The notes below the pieces were generated by a model. That model was given only the letters and a program-made list of their open reading frames with translations, ran no database searches and had not been told where the DNA came from. This document shows positions 12,046-24,700 of a DNA stretch of 48,037 bases, piece by piece. How positions within the stretch are numbered: the stretch's first letter is position 1; every line of letters starts with the position of its first letter. This DNA is from Octopus bimaculoides. Its lineage: Eukaryota. Where the stretch lies: positions 85,443,935 through 85,491,971 of the forward strand of contig NC_068990.1 in the NCBI RefSeq assembly GCF_001194135.2, written 5' to 3'. Made by a program: the position numbers and the translations under genes.

Positions 12046-14222
12046 CCAATATGTATATATAAAACATACATTTGTACCCGCAACATCACATCCGAAAAAT
12101 TTAATAGTTTTCAACACAGAATTGCATAAATGAAGAAATGTAAAAATGATACTAAAATTCACCTCCAACTCACTCGCCATTTCCCACTCAATAACCTGTC
12201 GTTCTCACATCTAATAATGTGTGGTAAATCCAAATAACTTCAGGCAAATTTCCTGCCAACCTATGTACGTTTTCGGTACATAATATTTCCTGATCGCATA
12301 CTTTTACTAGATGCCAAAACTTACCAATTCATTGCAAGACATCTGGTCCCTGAGAAGAACAGAGTTTTCTTTTTCTTTTTTTGTATTTGTTTTCTATTTT
12401 GTTCCCCTTCCCTTATACAAATGATCTATCTATTTCATCATCAAGTGACATATTGAACCAGCTTCTCTGTAAACCAAAACCAGCCTCAAAATAAAGGCGA
12501 CTACCCATCAAACACCCGTCTGGTTCACTGCTGAGTTCCCTGCAGTCTTCACTAAAAACGTTCCCACGATTTCAGCTGACACTAGATATCGGTGTAAATT
12601 TCTCTCTTGTGTTATTTTGCGACAGACTTTGCCTACTTCGGCTTGCGTAACATTAAACATTATTTCCATTCCGATATGAACCTCTTTCAGCTTTTTCTCT
12701 CAAAACGTCTTGAAACAAATTCTTTCAAATGAAAGAGGCTACACTCACTGAAATAATAAATAGGCTGTTATATAATATGATAGAGACGAGCGTTACTTCC
12801 GGTCTGTCTTCCATTTTCTCCATCTCCTTCAATTTGGATGTATACACGTACATGTGGCGTTTCTACTTATATTATGTGTTCGTGCCTGCATGCGCCTGCG
12901 CGTGTGTGTATGTGCGTGTGTTTTCTACTTATATCTTTTAATGCATTTATGCATAAACATACATATATGTGTGCCTATATGTATGAGGATACATATGTAC
13001 TCATATATGTATATATATATATNNNNNNNNNNNNNNNNNNNNNNNNNNNNNNNNNNNNNNNNNNNNNNNNNNNNNNNNNNNNNNNNNNNNNNNNNNNNNN
13101 NNNNNNNTATATATATGTATGTATGTATATTTTATCGTTTACTTGTTCCAGTCATTTGACAGCGGCCATGAAAGGGCAACGCCTTGAAGAATTTTGGGTC
13201 GAATATATTGACCCCAATACATAATCTTTTAAAGCCTAGAACTTATATATCTCTCCTTTGCTGAAACGTAAACACACCAACACTGGTTGTCAAGCGGTTA
13301 TTCAGATTAGACAAAGTTGAGACAGTAACTATCTGTGATTTGGCGCGGTAAGTTCAAAATGCGATGTAATCAACGTAGTCTTTTTTCGGGATTGTTATGA
13401 CCGCTTCAAATGCTGCGAATACCATTAAAAAAAAGGGCGGGTGGAAGAGACGTGTGCTAGTAAATTATTTTATATTTACTGAGAGAGAGATTCTGTATAG
13501 TGATGTTGTAAGATGCCTTCCTCTTTAACATCGTGATGAAGGAGTTAAAATTACCAAAAGCCAATTGCCGTATGATATCGTGTTGCTACAATAATTTTGA
13601 CAGGAAGGAAATGATGTGTGAGAAATTGATGAGATAGCAGAGTCCAACATAGAAAGGAAAGAAGTGGTGAATGTTGTGCTGTACACGCTGACAGGAATTG
13701 GGTAGATGTGAAATAGTTTGGCTATCCCGTCAGAGTATCAAAGACAGGCAAGATACAGTGAGCAGAGAAATTAGAATGGTTGAAGAGGAGTACATCTAAA
13801 GAAATAGGGTTGGAAAGCCTCAGCAGATGAAAAGCACGAGAGACAACTGAGCAAAAAAGCTGCTGTGGAGCATGTTGTGGAAAATAAAGCATAAAGCCAG
13901 CCAGGTCGCGTTTCTCCTGAGCATGATGTATGATATATTTCTATCGCCAACAATATTAAACTGTTGGGTTGGAGTTACTCTCCTGATTGACATCGTTAAA
14001 TTTCCTTGCCTCGTTGGTGGATATTTTGACTGCATTGCAAGTCATCTCTGCAGTGTATTACTAGTGGTACAAACAAGACTAGACTATCTTTGCTGATGCA
14101 CTAAGACATAGTAAAGTATCACAGAACCTCATAAGTACGGGAACGAAATTTGCTTAGTGGGTGCAAATCCAAGTCCAACTCAGGATGTTAAAGGCGTTTT
14201 CATTGCCTCACAAAAGCTTTAG

Positions 14223-14329
14223 GGATTTCAAGCGAATCCCCGCACACTGTTCCCGGGCTTATGCACCGAGACAATGAGAATCAGTAATATGTTGCACTCT
14301 ATCGTTTTCCGCAAGGATGATAAGAAAAG
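14223..14329 (+). CDS. Weak candidate internal coding exon (GFQANPRTLFPGLCTETMRISNMLHSIVFRKDDKK), product unknown
   Basis: TTTAG|GG acceptor, strong AAG|GTAAGG donor, and one open frame (phase 0 to 2). No recognised homology. Confidence 0.2.
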
Positions 14330-15639
14330 GTAAGGCAGAGATGTAAAGATGGCTGAGGCCCACATTTCTGAAATGTATAAATAACTGGAAGATACAAATG
14401 GGTTTGAAGGAAGCGCTAGTACTTCCATGTTACCTTGCAATAATGAAGTAATGCTCTGATCTTATTGTAATGTTCGACACTTGACCAAAGTAAATTCAGA
14501 TTTTTTTTTTTTGTTTTAGTTGATGGTGCCTTGGAATGACAACATGGAGTGGGACCTAATATGCTAAGGACCTGAGGAATTGTGAGCGAACGAGGCCCGA
14601 TGGTTTGTCTTCTGAGCTACTCGTAGTGATTGGATCTCATATATTTGCAACTAGATTCACGGTTTCCTAAATGGCTGACATCAGACTTTAGAAAGATGAC
14701 ACAACAGTGATTCGCAAACTTTGTGGGGTTGTGGGGAGCAGAGAAGCTTTCATCACAAATATAACAGAGACATGTAAGAAAGAAAAGACGAAAACAAAAG
14801 CGACGAACAAATGTTTAGCAAATAGTAAAACAAAATAATTGCTGTATGGCTGGAGAGGTTGCAGATGGCCCTGTTCTGTTTGGTGGCTGCACAGAAAATA
14901 AGAATTTTAAAAGCTATGTTTCTCTGTAAGCCAGACATTCCTTGGCAATAGTCGTGCTGCTTGGCGCCGCCATAAATGATACTGTCTGTTGTATTAGGTG
15001 CTGCAGCTATTGTAACTGCTGTTGTTGCTGATGCTGTTACAGTTGCTGCATCACTGTTCATAACTTCAGTCTGTTTCCGTCACCCTAACTGCCATCACCC
15101 ATCGTCAGTCTTAACACGCCCATCACCCATAAACTCCATCGTCACCGCCATTTCCAATGTCTATTGCAACCACTACCCATCGCTGCTAAAAACGCTAGGA
15201 CGTGCAAGATGAAGTGGTTTTAAATACACTACCTGGGCAAAAGACGAGATGGTCGTGTCTGGAGCGCCTGTATCGGAGGTGATCTTGATATTTGCACTAA
15301 ACAACAGCAACCGCTATCCAGCTCTTAACATCACCACCATCAACTACAACAACAACACCGTCATCATCAGTACTACCACCATCCACCACCACCAACACTA
15401 CCACCGCCAATCACCACCGCAGCCACCACTACCAACAACACCACTACTACCTTCGCCATCATAGCTTCAACATCACTACTACCATCATCATCACCACCAT
15501 CAGTACCATATCACCACCACTACAATACCACCACCGCTACCACCAATACCATACCATCGCCTTCACTTCTTCGCCGCTATCACCACCACTATTACCATCG
15601 CGAAACCCCTACCCACTCACTAACAACACCAATACCAAA

Positions 15640-16535
15640 ACCACCACCAACACTACTATAACCAACACAGCCAGCCACCACTACCACCACCACCACAGCT
15701 ACTACTACTACTATTACAAATACGACTACCACCACCACCACCACCACCACTATAACCAGCACAGCCAGCCACCACTACCACCACCACCAGTACTACTACT
15801 ACTGCTACTACTACAAGCACGACTACCACCACAACCACCACCAGCACCACTATAAACAGCACAGCCAGCCACCACTACCACCACCACCAGAACTACTACT
15901 ACTACAAAGACGACTACCACNNNNNNNNNNNNNNNNNNNNNNNNNNNNNNNNNNNNNNNNNNNNNNNNNNNNNNNNNNNNNNNNNNNNNNNNNNNNNNNN
16001 NNNNNNNNNNNNNNNNNNNNNNNNNNNNNNNNNNNNNNNNNNNNNNNNNNNNNNNNNNNNNNNNNNNNNNNNNNNNNNNNNNNNNNNNNNNNNNNNNNNN
16101 NNNNNNNNNNNNNNNNNNNNNNNNNNNNNNNNNNNNNNNNNNNNNNNNNNNNNNNNNNNNNNNNNNNNNNNNNNNNNNNNNNNNNNNNNNNNNNNNNNNN
16201 NNNNNNNNNNNNNNNNNNNNNNNNNNNNNNNNNNNNNNNNNNNNNNNNNNNNNNNNNNNNNNNNNNNNNNNNNNNNNNNNNNNNNNNNNNNNNNNNNNNN
16301 NNNNNNNNNNNNNNNNNNNNNNNNNNNNNNNNNNNNNNNNNNNNNNNNNNNNNNNNNNNNNNNNNNNNNNNNNNNNNNNNNNNNNNNNNNNNNNNNNNNN
16401 NNNNNNNACTACTACTACTACTACTACGAATACGACTACCACTACAACCACCACTATAACCAGCACAGCCAGCCACCACCACTACCACTACCACTACCAC
16501 TACCACTACCACAACTACTACCACTACTACCACTA

Positions 16536-16579
<44 letters not shown>

Positions 16580-16600
16580 GCCACTACTACCACCACCACC
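15640..16600. repeat. Compound minisatellite with 94-100-bp units built from CAC/TAC triplets around the anchor CTATAACCAGCACAGCCAGCC
   Basis: Anchors at 15656, 15750, 15850 and 16454; the array is interrupted by a gap. Confidence 0.9.
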
Positions 16601-17003
16601 ATCGAATTCTCACGCTGTGAAAGTCTCCAGTTCTTGTTAAATTGCTTGCTTGCATATTTCCCTTTTTCTCTGTATTTTTTTTTCTTGTTATTTTATCATT
16701 TGGATATAGGGGTGTGGTGTAGGGAGTTTGTGGCGGGGAGCGGGGGGATAGCTTCGTATGTAAATCCTTTAAGGTCTAATATAAGGTCCTCCCTCCCACT
16801 TCTCTCTCAGAACACCACCACCACCACCACCATTTCGCAACATTAATTTATCCTCCTGCCCCTCCTCCCTCTCCTCTTCATATCCATGTCAATGCCAACC
16901 CCAAACCAGGCACTCGTGTATAGTTTTCCATCCCCCCTAAATTTTCCTCCCTTAAATACCCAACACCCTCATCACTTTCCTTGCTTCTCCCTTTCTATCT
17001 CAC

Positions 17004-17068
<65 letters not shown>

Positions 17069-18363
17069 NNNNNNNNNNNNNNNNNNNNNNNNNNNNNNNN
17101 NNNNNNNNNNNNNNNNNNNNNNNNNNNNNNNNNNNNNNNNNNNNNNNNNNNNNNNNNNNNNNNNNNNNNNNNNNNNNNNNNNNNNNNNNNNNNNNNNNNN
17201 NNNNNNNNNNNNNNNNNNNNNNNNNNNNNNNNNNNNNNNNNNNNNNNNNNNNNNNNNNNNNNNNNNNNNNNNNNNNNNNNNNNNNNNNNNNNNNNNNNNN
17301 NNNNNNNNNNNNNNNNNNNNNNNNNNNNNNNNNNNNNNNNNNNNNNNNNNNNNNNNNNNNNNNNNNNNNNNNNNNNNNNNNNNNNNNNNNNNNNNNNNNN
17401 NNNNNNNNNNNNNNNNNNNNNNNNNNNNNNNNNNNNNNNNNNNNNNNNNNNNNNNNNNNNNNNNNNNNNNNNNNNNNNNNNNNNNNNNNNNNNNNNNNNN
17501 NNNNNNNNNNNNNNNNNNNNNNNNNNNNNNNNNNNNNNNNNNNNNNNNNNNNNNNNNNNNNNNNNNNNNNNNNNNNNNNNNNNNNNNNNNNNNNNNNNNN
17601 NNNNNNNNNNNNNNNNNNNNNNNNNNNNNNNNNNNNNNNNNNNNNNNNNNNNNNNNNNNNNNNNNNNGATGGAGAAACATCTACGATCAAAGATAGCACA
17701 ATTGTGACCGACCCGTTCTTTTTCTTATGTCCAAAGAACCCGAAACCCCCGTTCTGCGACTCGGCCTTTTCTAAGGCGACGAGGTGTACTTTGAGAGAGA
17801 CTTTTGCTGCGATTTCTAGCAGGTCCAGCGACCGTGCAGAGCTCACTTGTAGTGGTGGTGGTGGTGGTCGTCGTGGTGGTGGTCGTGGTGGTGGTCGTGG
17901 TCGTGGTGGTCGTGGTGGAAGCGATAATATTCAGTATGGCCATAGTGGTGGTCATGTGATAAGGATAATAATATCGGTTTCGGTGATAATGATGATGACA
18001 CGGACGATGGTAGTAGTAGTAGTAGTAGTAGTAGCAATGGAGTTAATGTTAGTAGTGTGAAGGGAATGATAGGTGAATGATGCTGAAGATGGTGACAACG
18101 GTGATGTAATGGTGGTGGTGGTGGTGGAAGGGATTATTTTTCGTCTTTTGTTGGTTAAAAAAAAGGCGAGTTTTTTGCTGATGGTAGAATTGAGGCAGTT
18201 GTAGTGGTGGTGGTAGTATACACCACAGAACCGTCGTAGAGGTAGTGCTAGTTACGGTGACGACGTAGGTGTGGTTGGGAGGTAGTGTTTTAAATACAGT
18301 GGTGAGAGTATAATTTCTTTGCTTCTGATATTGCCATGTATCAGTGTTACAATTTACGACCCC

Positions 18364-18420
<57 letters not shown>

Positions 18421-18951
18421 ATAGTAGTAGTAGTAGTAGTTGTTGTTGTTGTTGTTGTTGCTGTTGTTGTTGTCGTTGTTGTTGGAAGTACTTTTATCTT
18501 TGGTTCTGGAATCTAAAATAATTGAAATATCTTTGCATTGGTTTCTGTTATTTCATTCGTATCTGGGACGCTGAGTATCCAGCATCCAGCTTGTCGTAGC
18601 GAGTTTGTTGAATCAGTAATACGCTGGATAAACCAAACAAGTGCACTGGGTCACCGCTGCAACACTTAGTCATAGTTAAGACACGGAGCGGGGTGGTCAC
18701 CATTGGGCGAATAGCCAGAGCTAAAACATTTGGACGCTGTTGTGTAGCGGTACTTTTTGGTTATCTCACCCCCATTAAAAGTCCTTAGAAGGGACAGAGT
18801 AAGATATAACATTAAAATAGACACACGAAAATGAGGAGGGATTCATCACAAGTCCTACAGTGATGCTGGACAAATATATAACGTCATATAAATTTTACAT
18901 CTTTGTAGTACATGAGACATCAAGCTATACAGTTTGACAAACAGAATGAGA

Positions 18952-19184
18952 TGACATATTTGGAGGAGAATGACATGTTTGACAGAAATTGATATGTTTG
19001 ACAGAAATTGACATGTTTGACAGCGATTGACATGTTTGACTGAGATTGACATATGACAGAGATTAACATGTTTGACAGAGATTGGCATGTTTGAGAGTGA
19101 TTAACATATTTGACAGAGATTGGCATGTTTAACAGAAATCGACATATTTGACAGAGACTGGCATGTTTGACAGAGATTAACATA
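18952..19184. repeat. 19-bp minisatellite, consensus TGACATGTTTGACAGAGAT, about 12 units
   Basis: Units start at 18952, 18971, 18990, 19009, 19028, 19047 (17 bp), 19064, 19083, 19102, 19121, 19140 and 19159. Confidence 0.95.
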
Positions 19185-19254
19185 ATAGCGGTGTCAAATC
19201 ATGCATCTTCACAGGTAGAACGTGAAATGAAGTCGCAGCACACAAATTCATGGA

Positions 19255-19815
19255 ACATATGACGTTAGACGCACGTCTTCACGTGAAGTAACATTTCAGG
19301 CTACGTCACGGCACACATTTTGACAGAAAATGTGACATCTGGTCTGACGTCTTGACATAAGAGAACATTTAACGCTCCGAGTTTTGATAGAACGCGCAAC
19401 ATCATAGTTTACATTTCGATATAATATGCAATAATTAATGTGACGTCACAACACACATCCCAACCAAGCATACAATATCAGACTGCACGTCATAACGTTA
19501 TAGATCATCAGGCATGACGTCAAATCACACATCTTGAGAGAACACGCAACGTCATAGTTGACATCTACATAATAGAGAACGACTGATGTGACGTCACAAC
19601 ACATGTCTTGACAACATAAACGTCGAACTTGACATCTTAGCATAATATAGAACAATTACTGTGTTGTCACATCACACAACCTAGAACATGTTCCGTCATA
19701 CCACAACGCACTTTGACATAATGGCACACTTAGCCCAACGTTACAGCAGATAACATATTCAGGCTGCGCGTCACGACAGATAGCACGAAGTAACAGAAAT
19801 GACGACGTCATAGTT
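19255..19815. promoter_or_regulatory. Degenerate ~74-bp repeat carrying a homotypic CRE (TGACGTCA) cluster; candidate enhancer
   Basis: Perfect TGACGTCA at 19441, 19515 and 19589, plus nine further TGACG/CGTCA half-sites. Function is inferred only. Confidence 0.4.
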
Positions 19816-20084
19816 TGCATCTTAACCGAAGTGGTGACATTACTTTTCCTGCTGGTGTGACTTTAAACTGCAGATGTTAGCAAAATGCCGTAATACATGA
19901 ATCCTTTTATCTTCGTCTGAGAGATTTCCGGAGTGAAACATTAGAAGCTGCTTTAAAATTTTACAAGGCAACATTTCAGTGTATACATTGTTCCTGATCT
20001 GCTAACAGTAAATCTTTGCACCATTTCTCGATATGGTAGAATTAACAGCAAAGTCTCCTACGCATATGCAACACACAGACACAG

Positions 20085-20127
<43 letters not shown>

Positions 20128-20348
20128 AGCGTACGAATAAGCGTACAACTATACATATATACATATACACACGCCCATGCACTTACGAACAAATTCACTA
20201 GCCCACAAATTCAGGCACACACACACACACGCACACACACACACACACACAGACGCTCATTCGAATAAGCGCTCAAACGTACATATGCACGCATGTTCTC
20301 ACCCATGCACTCACAAGCACTTACACCACATACAAACGCGCATAGATA

Positions 20349-20451
20349 CTGGTCTGATCAATAAGTATCCGGATTGTTGCCGCAGTAACGAAGCTAAAGC
20401 ATGCAGAGTAAAGCCGCTTGGTACAGACTGACCTTCAACTCTGCTATGCGC
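20349..20451 (+). mobile_element. Mariner-like element 5' terminal fragment
   Basis: TA|CTGGTCTGATCAATAAGTATCCGGATTG resembles a mariner TIR start (recalled family). No partner TIR seen. Confidence 0.45.
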
Positions 20452-20534
20452 ATGTCTGTGTTTGACAGAGCGTGTCTTTGCGTGTAAATGTGCGTGTGTT
20501 TCATATATGAATCCGTGTCTGAGTGTTTGCATGT

Positions 20535-20585
<51 letters not shown>

Positions 20586-20684
20586 TGGCGGTGCCCCAGC
20601 ATGGCCACAGCTCATGAGCTGAAACTAGATAAAATGAAAATGATATGAAATATATATATATATATTTATATATATATATATACG

Positions 20685-21045
20685 GTGTCTGACTCCGAGT
20701 TCAGTCCCACTGCGTGGCACCTTGGGCAAATGCCTTCTACTATAGCCCCGGGCCGACAAAAACCTTGTGAGTGGATGTGGTGGACGGAAACTGGCGGTAC
20801 GTTGTATCCTTGAGCAAGACACTTTATTTCACGTTGCTTCAGTACTCTCAGGACTGAGTCGTACTTGTATTTCAAAGGGCCAGCCTCGTCACATTCTGTG
20901 TCACGCTGAATCCCTCTGAGAACTACATTAAGGGCATGTATGATTGTGGAGTACTCAACCACTTGCAGGTTGATTTCATGAGCAGGTTGTTCCGTTGATC
21001 GGATCAACTGGAACCTTTGTCATCGTCGAAACCGACGGAATGCCG
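20685..21045 (+). mobile_element. Composite SINE: a family-B head joined to a second CORE-containing SINE body
   Basis: GAGTTCAGTCCC...GCACCTTGGGCAAATGCC head ends at GACGGAAACTG (~20793), then GTATCCTTGAGCAAGACACTTTATTTCACGTTGC and a different 3' body. Confidence 0.7.
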
Positions 21046-21209
21046 ATTTTATTTATTTTTTTTTTTTTTTTTTTTTTTGTAGTTGTGGTGGTGGTTGTTG
21101 CGTAACCAAGGATCACTCCTGATTGTCAGCAGCAGAAATAGTTTTGTCATCGCTATCATTTCTTTGGCAATGTCATCTTTGTCTTCGTCGTCATCCTCAT
21201 CATTGCCAA

Positions 21210-21246
<37 letters not shown>

Positions 21247-22759
21247 GTCGTCGTCGTGGTCGTGGTCGTCGTCATCATCACCATCATTATCAATATGACA
21301 AATTCATTGAAGCCCCCCCCCAAACCCCCACCTACTCAACCATGGAATCGAACGACGTCACCNNNNNNNNNNNNNNNNNNNNNNNNNNNNNNNNNNNNNN
21401 NNNNNNNNNNNNNNNNNNNNNNNNNNNNNNNNNNNNNNNNNNNNNNNNNNNNNNNNNNNNNNNNNNNNNNNNNNNNNNNNNNNNNNNNNNNNNNNNNNNN
21501 NNNNNNNNNNNNNNNNNNNNNNNNNNNNNNNNNNNNNNNNNNNNNNNNNNNNNNNNNNNNNNNNNNNNNNNNNNNNNNNNNNNNNNNNNNNNNNNNNNNN
21601 NNNNNNNNNNNNNNNNNNNNNNNNNNNNNNNNNNNNNNNNNNNNNNNNNNNNNNNNNNNNNNNNNNNNNNNNNNNNNNNNNNNNNNNNNNNNNNNNNNNN
21701 NNNNNNNNNNNNNNNNNNNNNNNNNNNNNNNNNNNNNNNNNNNNNNNNNNNNNNNNNNNNNNNNNNNNNNNNNNNNNNNNNNNNNNNNNNNNNNNNNNNN
21801 NNNNNNNNNNNNNNNNNNNNNNNNNNNNNNNNNNNNNNNNNNNNNNNNNNNNNNNNNNNNNNNNNNNNNNNNNNNNNNNNNNNNNNNNNNNNNNNNNNNN
21901 NNNNNNNNNNNNNNNNNNNNNNNNNNNNNNNNNNNNNNNNNNNNNNNNNNNNNNNNNNNNCACCACCATCACCACACTACCACCACCATCACCACCACCG
22001 CCATCACCACCACTACCATCACCACCATCACCACCAACACCATCACCACCACTCCTACCACTACAACTACCGCCAACACCGCCACTACCACTAACACTAC
22101 CACTACCATCACCACTCCTACCATCAACACCACCACCACCACCATCACCACCACCACCAGTACCCTACAGCTGCATTACAGTTACAAGTGTCACCCCTAT
22201 CTCAATAAAGACTGCAGCAGGTTGAATGATAGAAATTGCAGTTGGCTTGCACTGGCTGCGGTGGTGCCATCCAGTGCAGAGTCTGGAACTGGAATCTCGG
22301 CCTAGATTTGTTCCGCCACAAAACAGAATCCCACTAATAAAATATGTATATATGTGTGTGAATGTGTGTGTGTGTGTGTGAATGTGTGTGTGTGTGTGTG
22401 TGCGTGTATATGCATATAAATTTGCATATTTATTATATATACACACAGTAATCCCTTATCATATCGCGGTGTATTATTTAAGCTTACGTCGATTCCTTCG
22501 TGGTGTTGTTTTGCATTTATACTAAAATAAATGTATACAGATTATAAAAATAATAACAAAAAATATACAGTACAGTACTGTTTCGGCTGTTTTCGTTACG
22601 CTAGCGCCTGCCATAAGAGCACCAACAATTTGACGTCTTTGAAAGTCCGATAGATCTGTCATTTTAATGAATTTTAATTACCTTTTTCTGTTGAAAATGT
22701 TAGATATATGGCACACATGTACATTGCTTCTTATTCTTCACATGAATACTGACACAGAC

Positions 22760-22941
22760 TTGATTCAGTAACAACTTTTGCTGTGTGAATTAGTGTATTA
22801 TCATCCTGAAAGATTGCGTTTGCCTCCGGAAACAGTTCTGCAACCATAGGATGAATTTGATAAGATAAAATGCTTAAATAGTCTTGACTATTAATTCTGC
22901 CATGAAAGGAAACCATTGGGCCGGCGGATTTCCAAGATATA
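22760..22941 (-). mobile_element. Tc1-family transposase fragment including the second catalytic Asp (FQDDN)
   Basis: Translates as ISWKSAGPMVSFHGRINSQDYLSILSYQIHPMVAELFPEANAIFQDDNTLIHTAKVV; truncated by a gap. Confidence 0.85.
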
Positions 22942-24369
22942 NNNNNNNNNNNNNNNNNNNNNNNNNNNNNNNNNNNNNNNNNNNNNNNNNNNNNNNNNNN
23001 NNNNNNNNNNNNNNNNNNNNNNNNNNNNNNNNNNNNNNNNNNNNNNNNNNNNNNNNNNNNNNNNNNNNNNNNNNNNNNNNNNNNNNNNNNNNNNNNNNNN
23101 NNNNNNNNNNNNNNNNNNNNNNNNNNNNNNNNNNNNNNNNNNNNNNNNNNNNNNNNNNNNNNNNNNNNNNNNNNNNNNNNNNNNNNNNNNNNNNNNNNNN
23201 NNNNNNNNNNNNNNNNNNNNNNNNNNNNNNNNNNNNNNNNNNNNNNNNNNNNNNNNNNNNNNNNNNNNNNNNNNNNNNNNNNNNNNNNNNNNNNNNNNNN
23301 NNNNNNNNNNNNNNNNNNNNNNNNNNNNNNNNNNNNNNNNNNNNNNNNNNNNNNNNNNNNNNNNNNNNNNNNNNNNNNNNNNNNNNNNNNNNNNNNNNNN
23401 NNNNNNNNNNNNNNNNNNNNNNNNNNNNNNNNNNNNNNNNNNNNNNNNNNNNNNNNNNNNNNNNNNNNNNNNNNNNNNNNNNNNNNNNNNNNNNNNNNNN
23501 NNNNNNNNNNNNNNNNNNNNNNNNNNNNNNNNNNNNNNNNNNNNNNNNNNNNNNNNNNNNNNNNNNNNNNNNNNNNNNNNNNNNNNNNNNNNNNNNNNNN
23601 NNNNNNNNNNNNNNNNNNNNNNNNNNNNNNNNNNNNNNNNNNNNNNNNNNNNNNNNNNNNNNNNNNNNNNNNNNNNNNNNNNNNNNNNNNNNNNNNNNNN
23701 NNNNNNNNNNNNNNNNNNNNNNNNNNNNNNNNNNNNNNNNNNNNNNNNNNNNNNNNNNNNNNNNNNNNNNNNNNNNNNNNNNNNNNNNNNNNNNNNNNNN
23801 NNNNNNNNNNNNNNNNNTATATATATATATATATATATTGGCGTAGTCGGGTAGATTCATGTTCTTGTCAGAACATAATAAATGACTTCAATTTCAAAAT
23901 ATAATATCAAATATATAGTATTTATTTCATTTAATAACTATATTATTTAAAGAAGTGAAATTCCACGACTACATTAACCATGTAACCAAGCAACAACTAA
24001 TATAAAACAATATTAACAGAAGTTATATGAATTAATAACTTCTTTTCAACGTTCATAATGCATCAATGAAACACTATCTGATTATGGTTTGAAGGACATT
24101 CTGTCTCAGTGGTGAACATTGCTGTTATGATAACAACAATATATTTTCTTATAAGTTTTGATATTAAACTTCATGTTAACCTCCATAAATGTTAAATATC
24201 TTATATAATCTATAATGGCAGTGAATGTGATAAAAACAGAGGACAATTTTAACAAGCTGTATAGTTCAATAACGAAAAAGTTAGCAATAATATTTCGATA
24301 TAATTGTATGAAAAATTCCCATATTAACATGTTCCCTTGCTAACTTCAATTCGGTTTTTGTGTTAATCC

Positions 24370-24700
24370 AAAGCTATGGTCATAAGTGTTGGGTAATGAC
24401 CCAAGGAGTACGATCGCGAATACAAGTGACCAAAATGGGGTTCATCAGAAGGATCTCTGGAGTAACGAAACCCAACAGGATAGATGGATCGGATATTAAG
24501 GTGTCTCCTCCACGTTGAGCTGCTACTTCCCCTCATTGAGAGGTCGCAGCTTCGGTAGTGCAGATTTGTGTTTAGAATGTTACAGGAAAGAATCGCAAGA
24601 CTTCTTCAAGCCGAGTCAACTGGTAGGAGACCTAGGAGTAGACCAAGAACGAAACGGTTGGATAACACTGTGTAACACGATCTTTGTCCTTGGGTAGCAA
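24370..24700 (+). mobile_element. RTE-clade (Expander/Rex3-like) LINE 3' ORF remnant
   Basis: SYGHKCWVMTQGVRSRIQVTKMGFIRRISG, a frameshift, then LIERSQLR*...TGRRPRSRPRTKRLD, matching the RTE C-terminal pattern YGHE.WVMT..TRSRIQAAEM.FLRR...IERSQLRW...GRRPRGRPRTRW. Confidence 0.85.

Noticed and set aside
17843-18037. Signal-peptide-like, His/Asp-rich peptide reminiscent of His-rich beak or metal-binding proteins
   Set aside because: It starts at TTG, and both the Leu run and the His/Asp run come from TAC/CAC/GAC triplet repeats; there is an upstream in-frame stop and no splice support.
8385-22941. The two Tc1 fragments as ends of one large composite transposon
   Set aside because: Both are internal transposase pieces covering overlapping regions, with no TIRs and clearly different decay; independent insertions.
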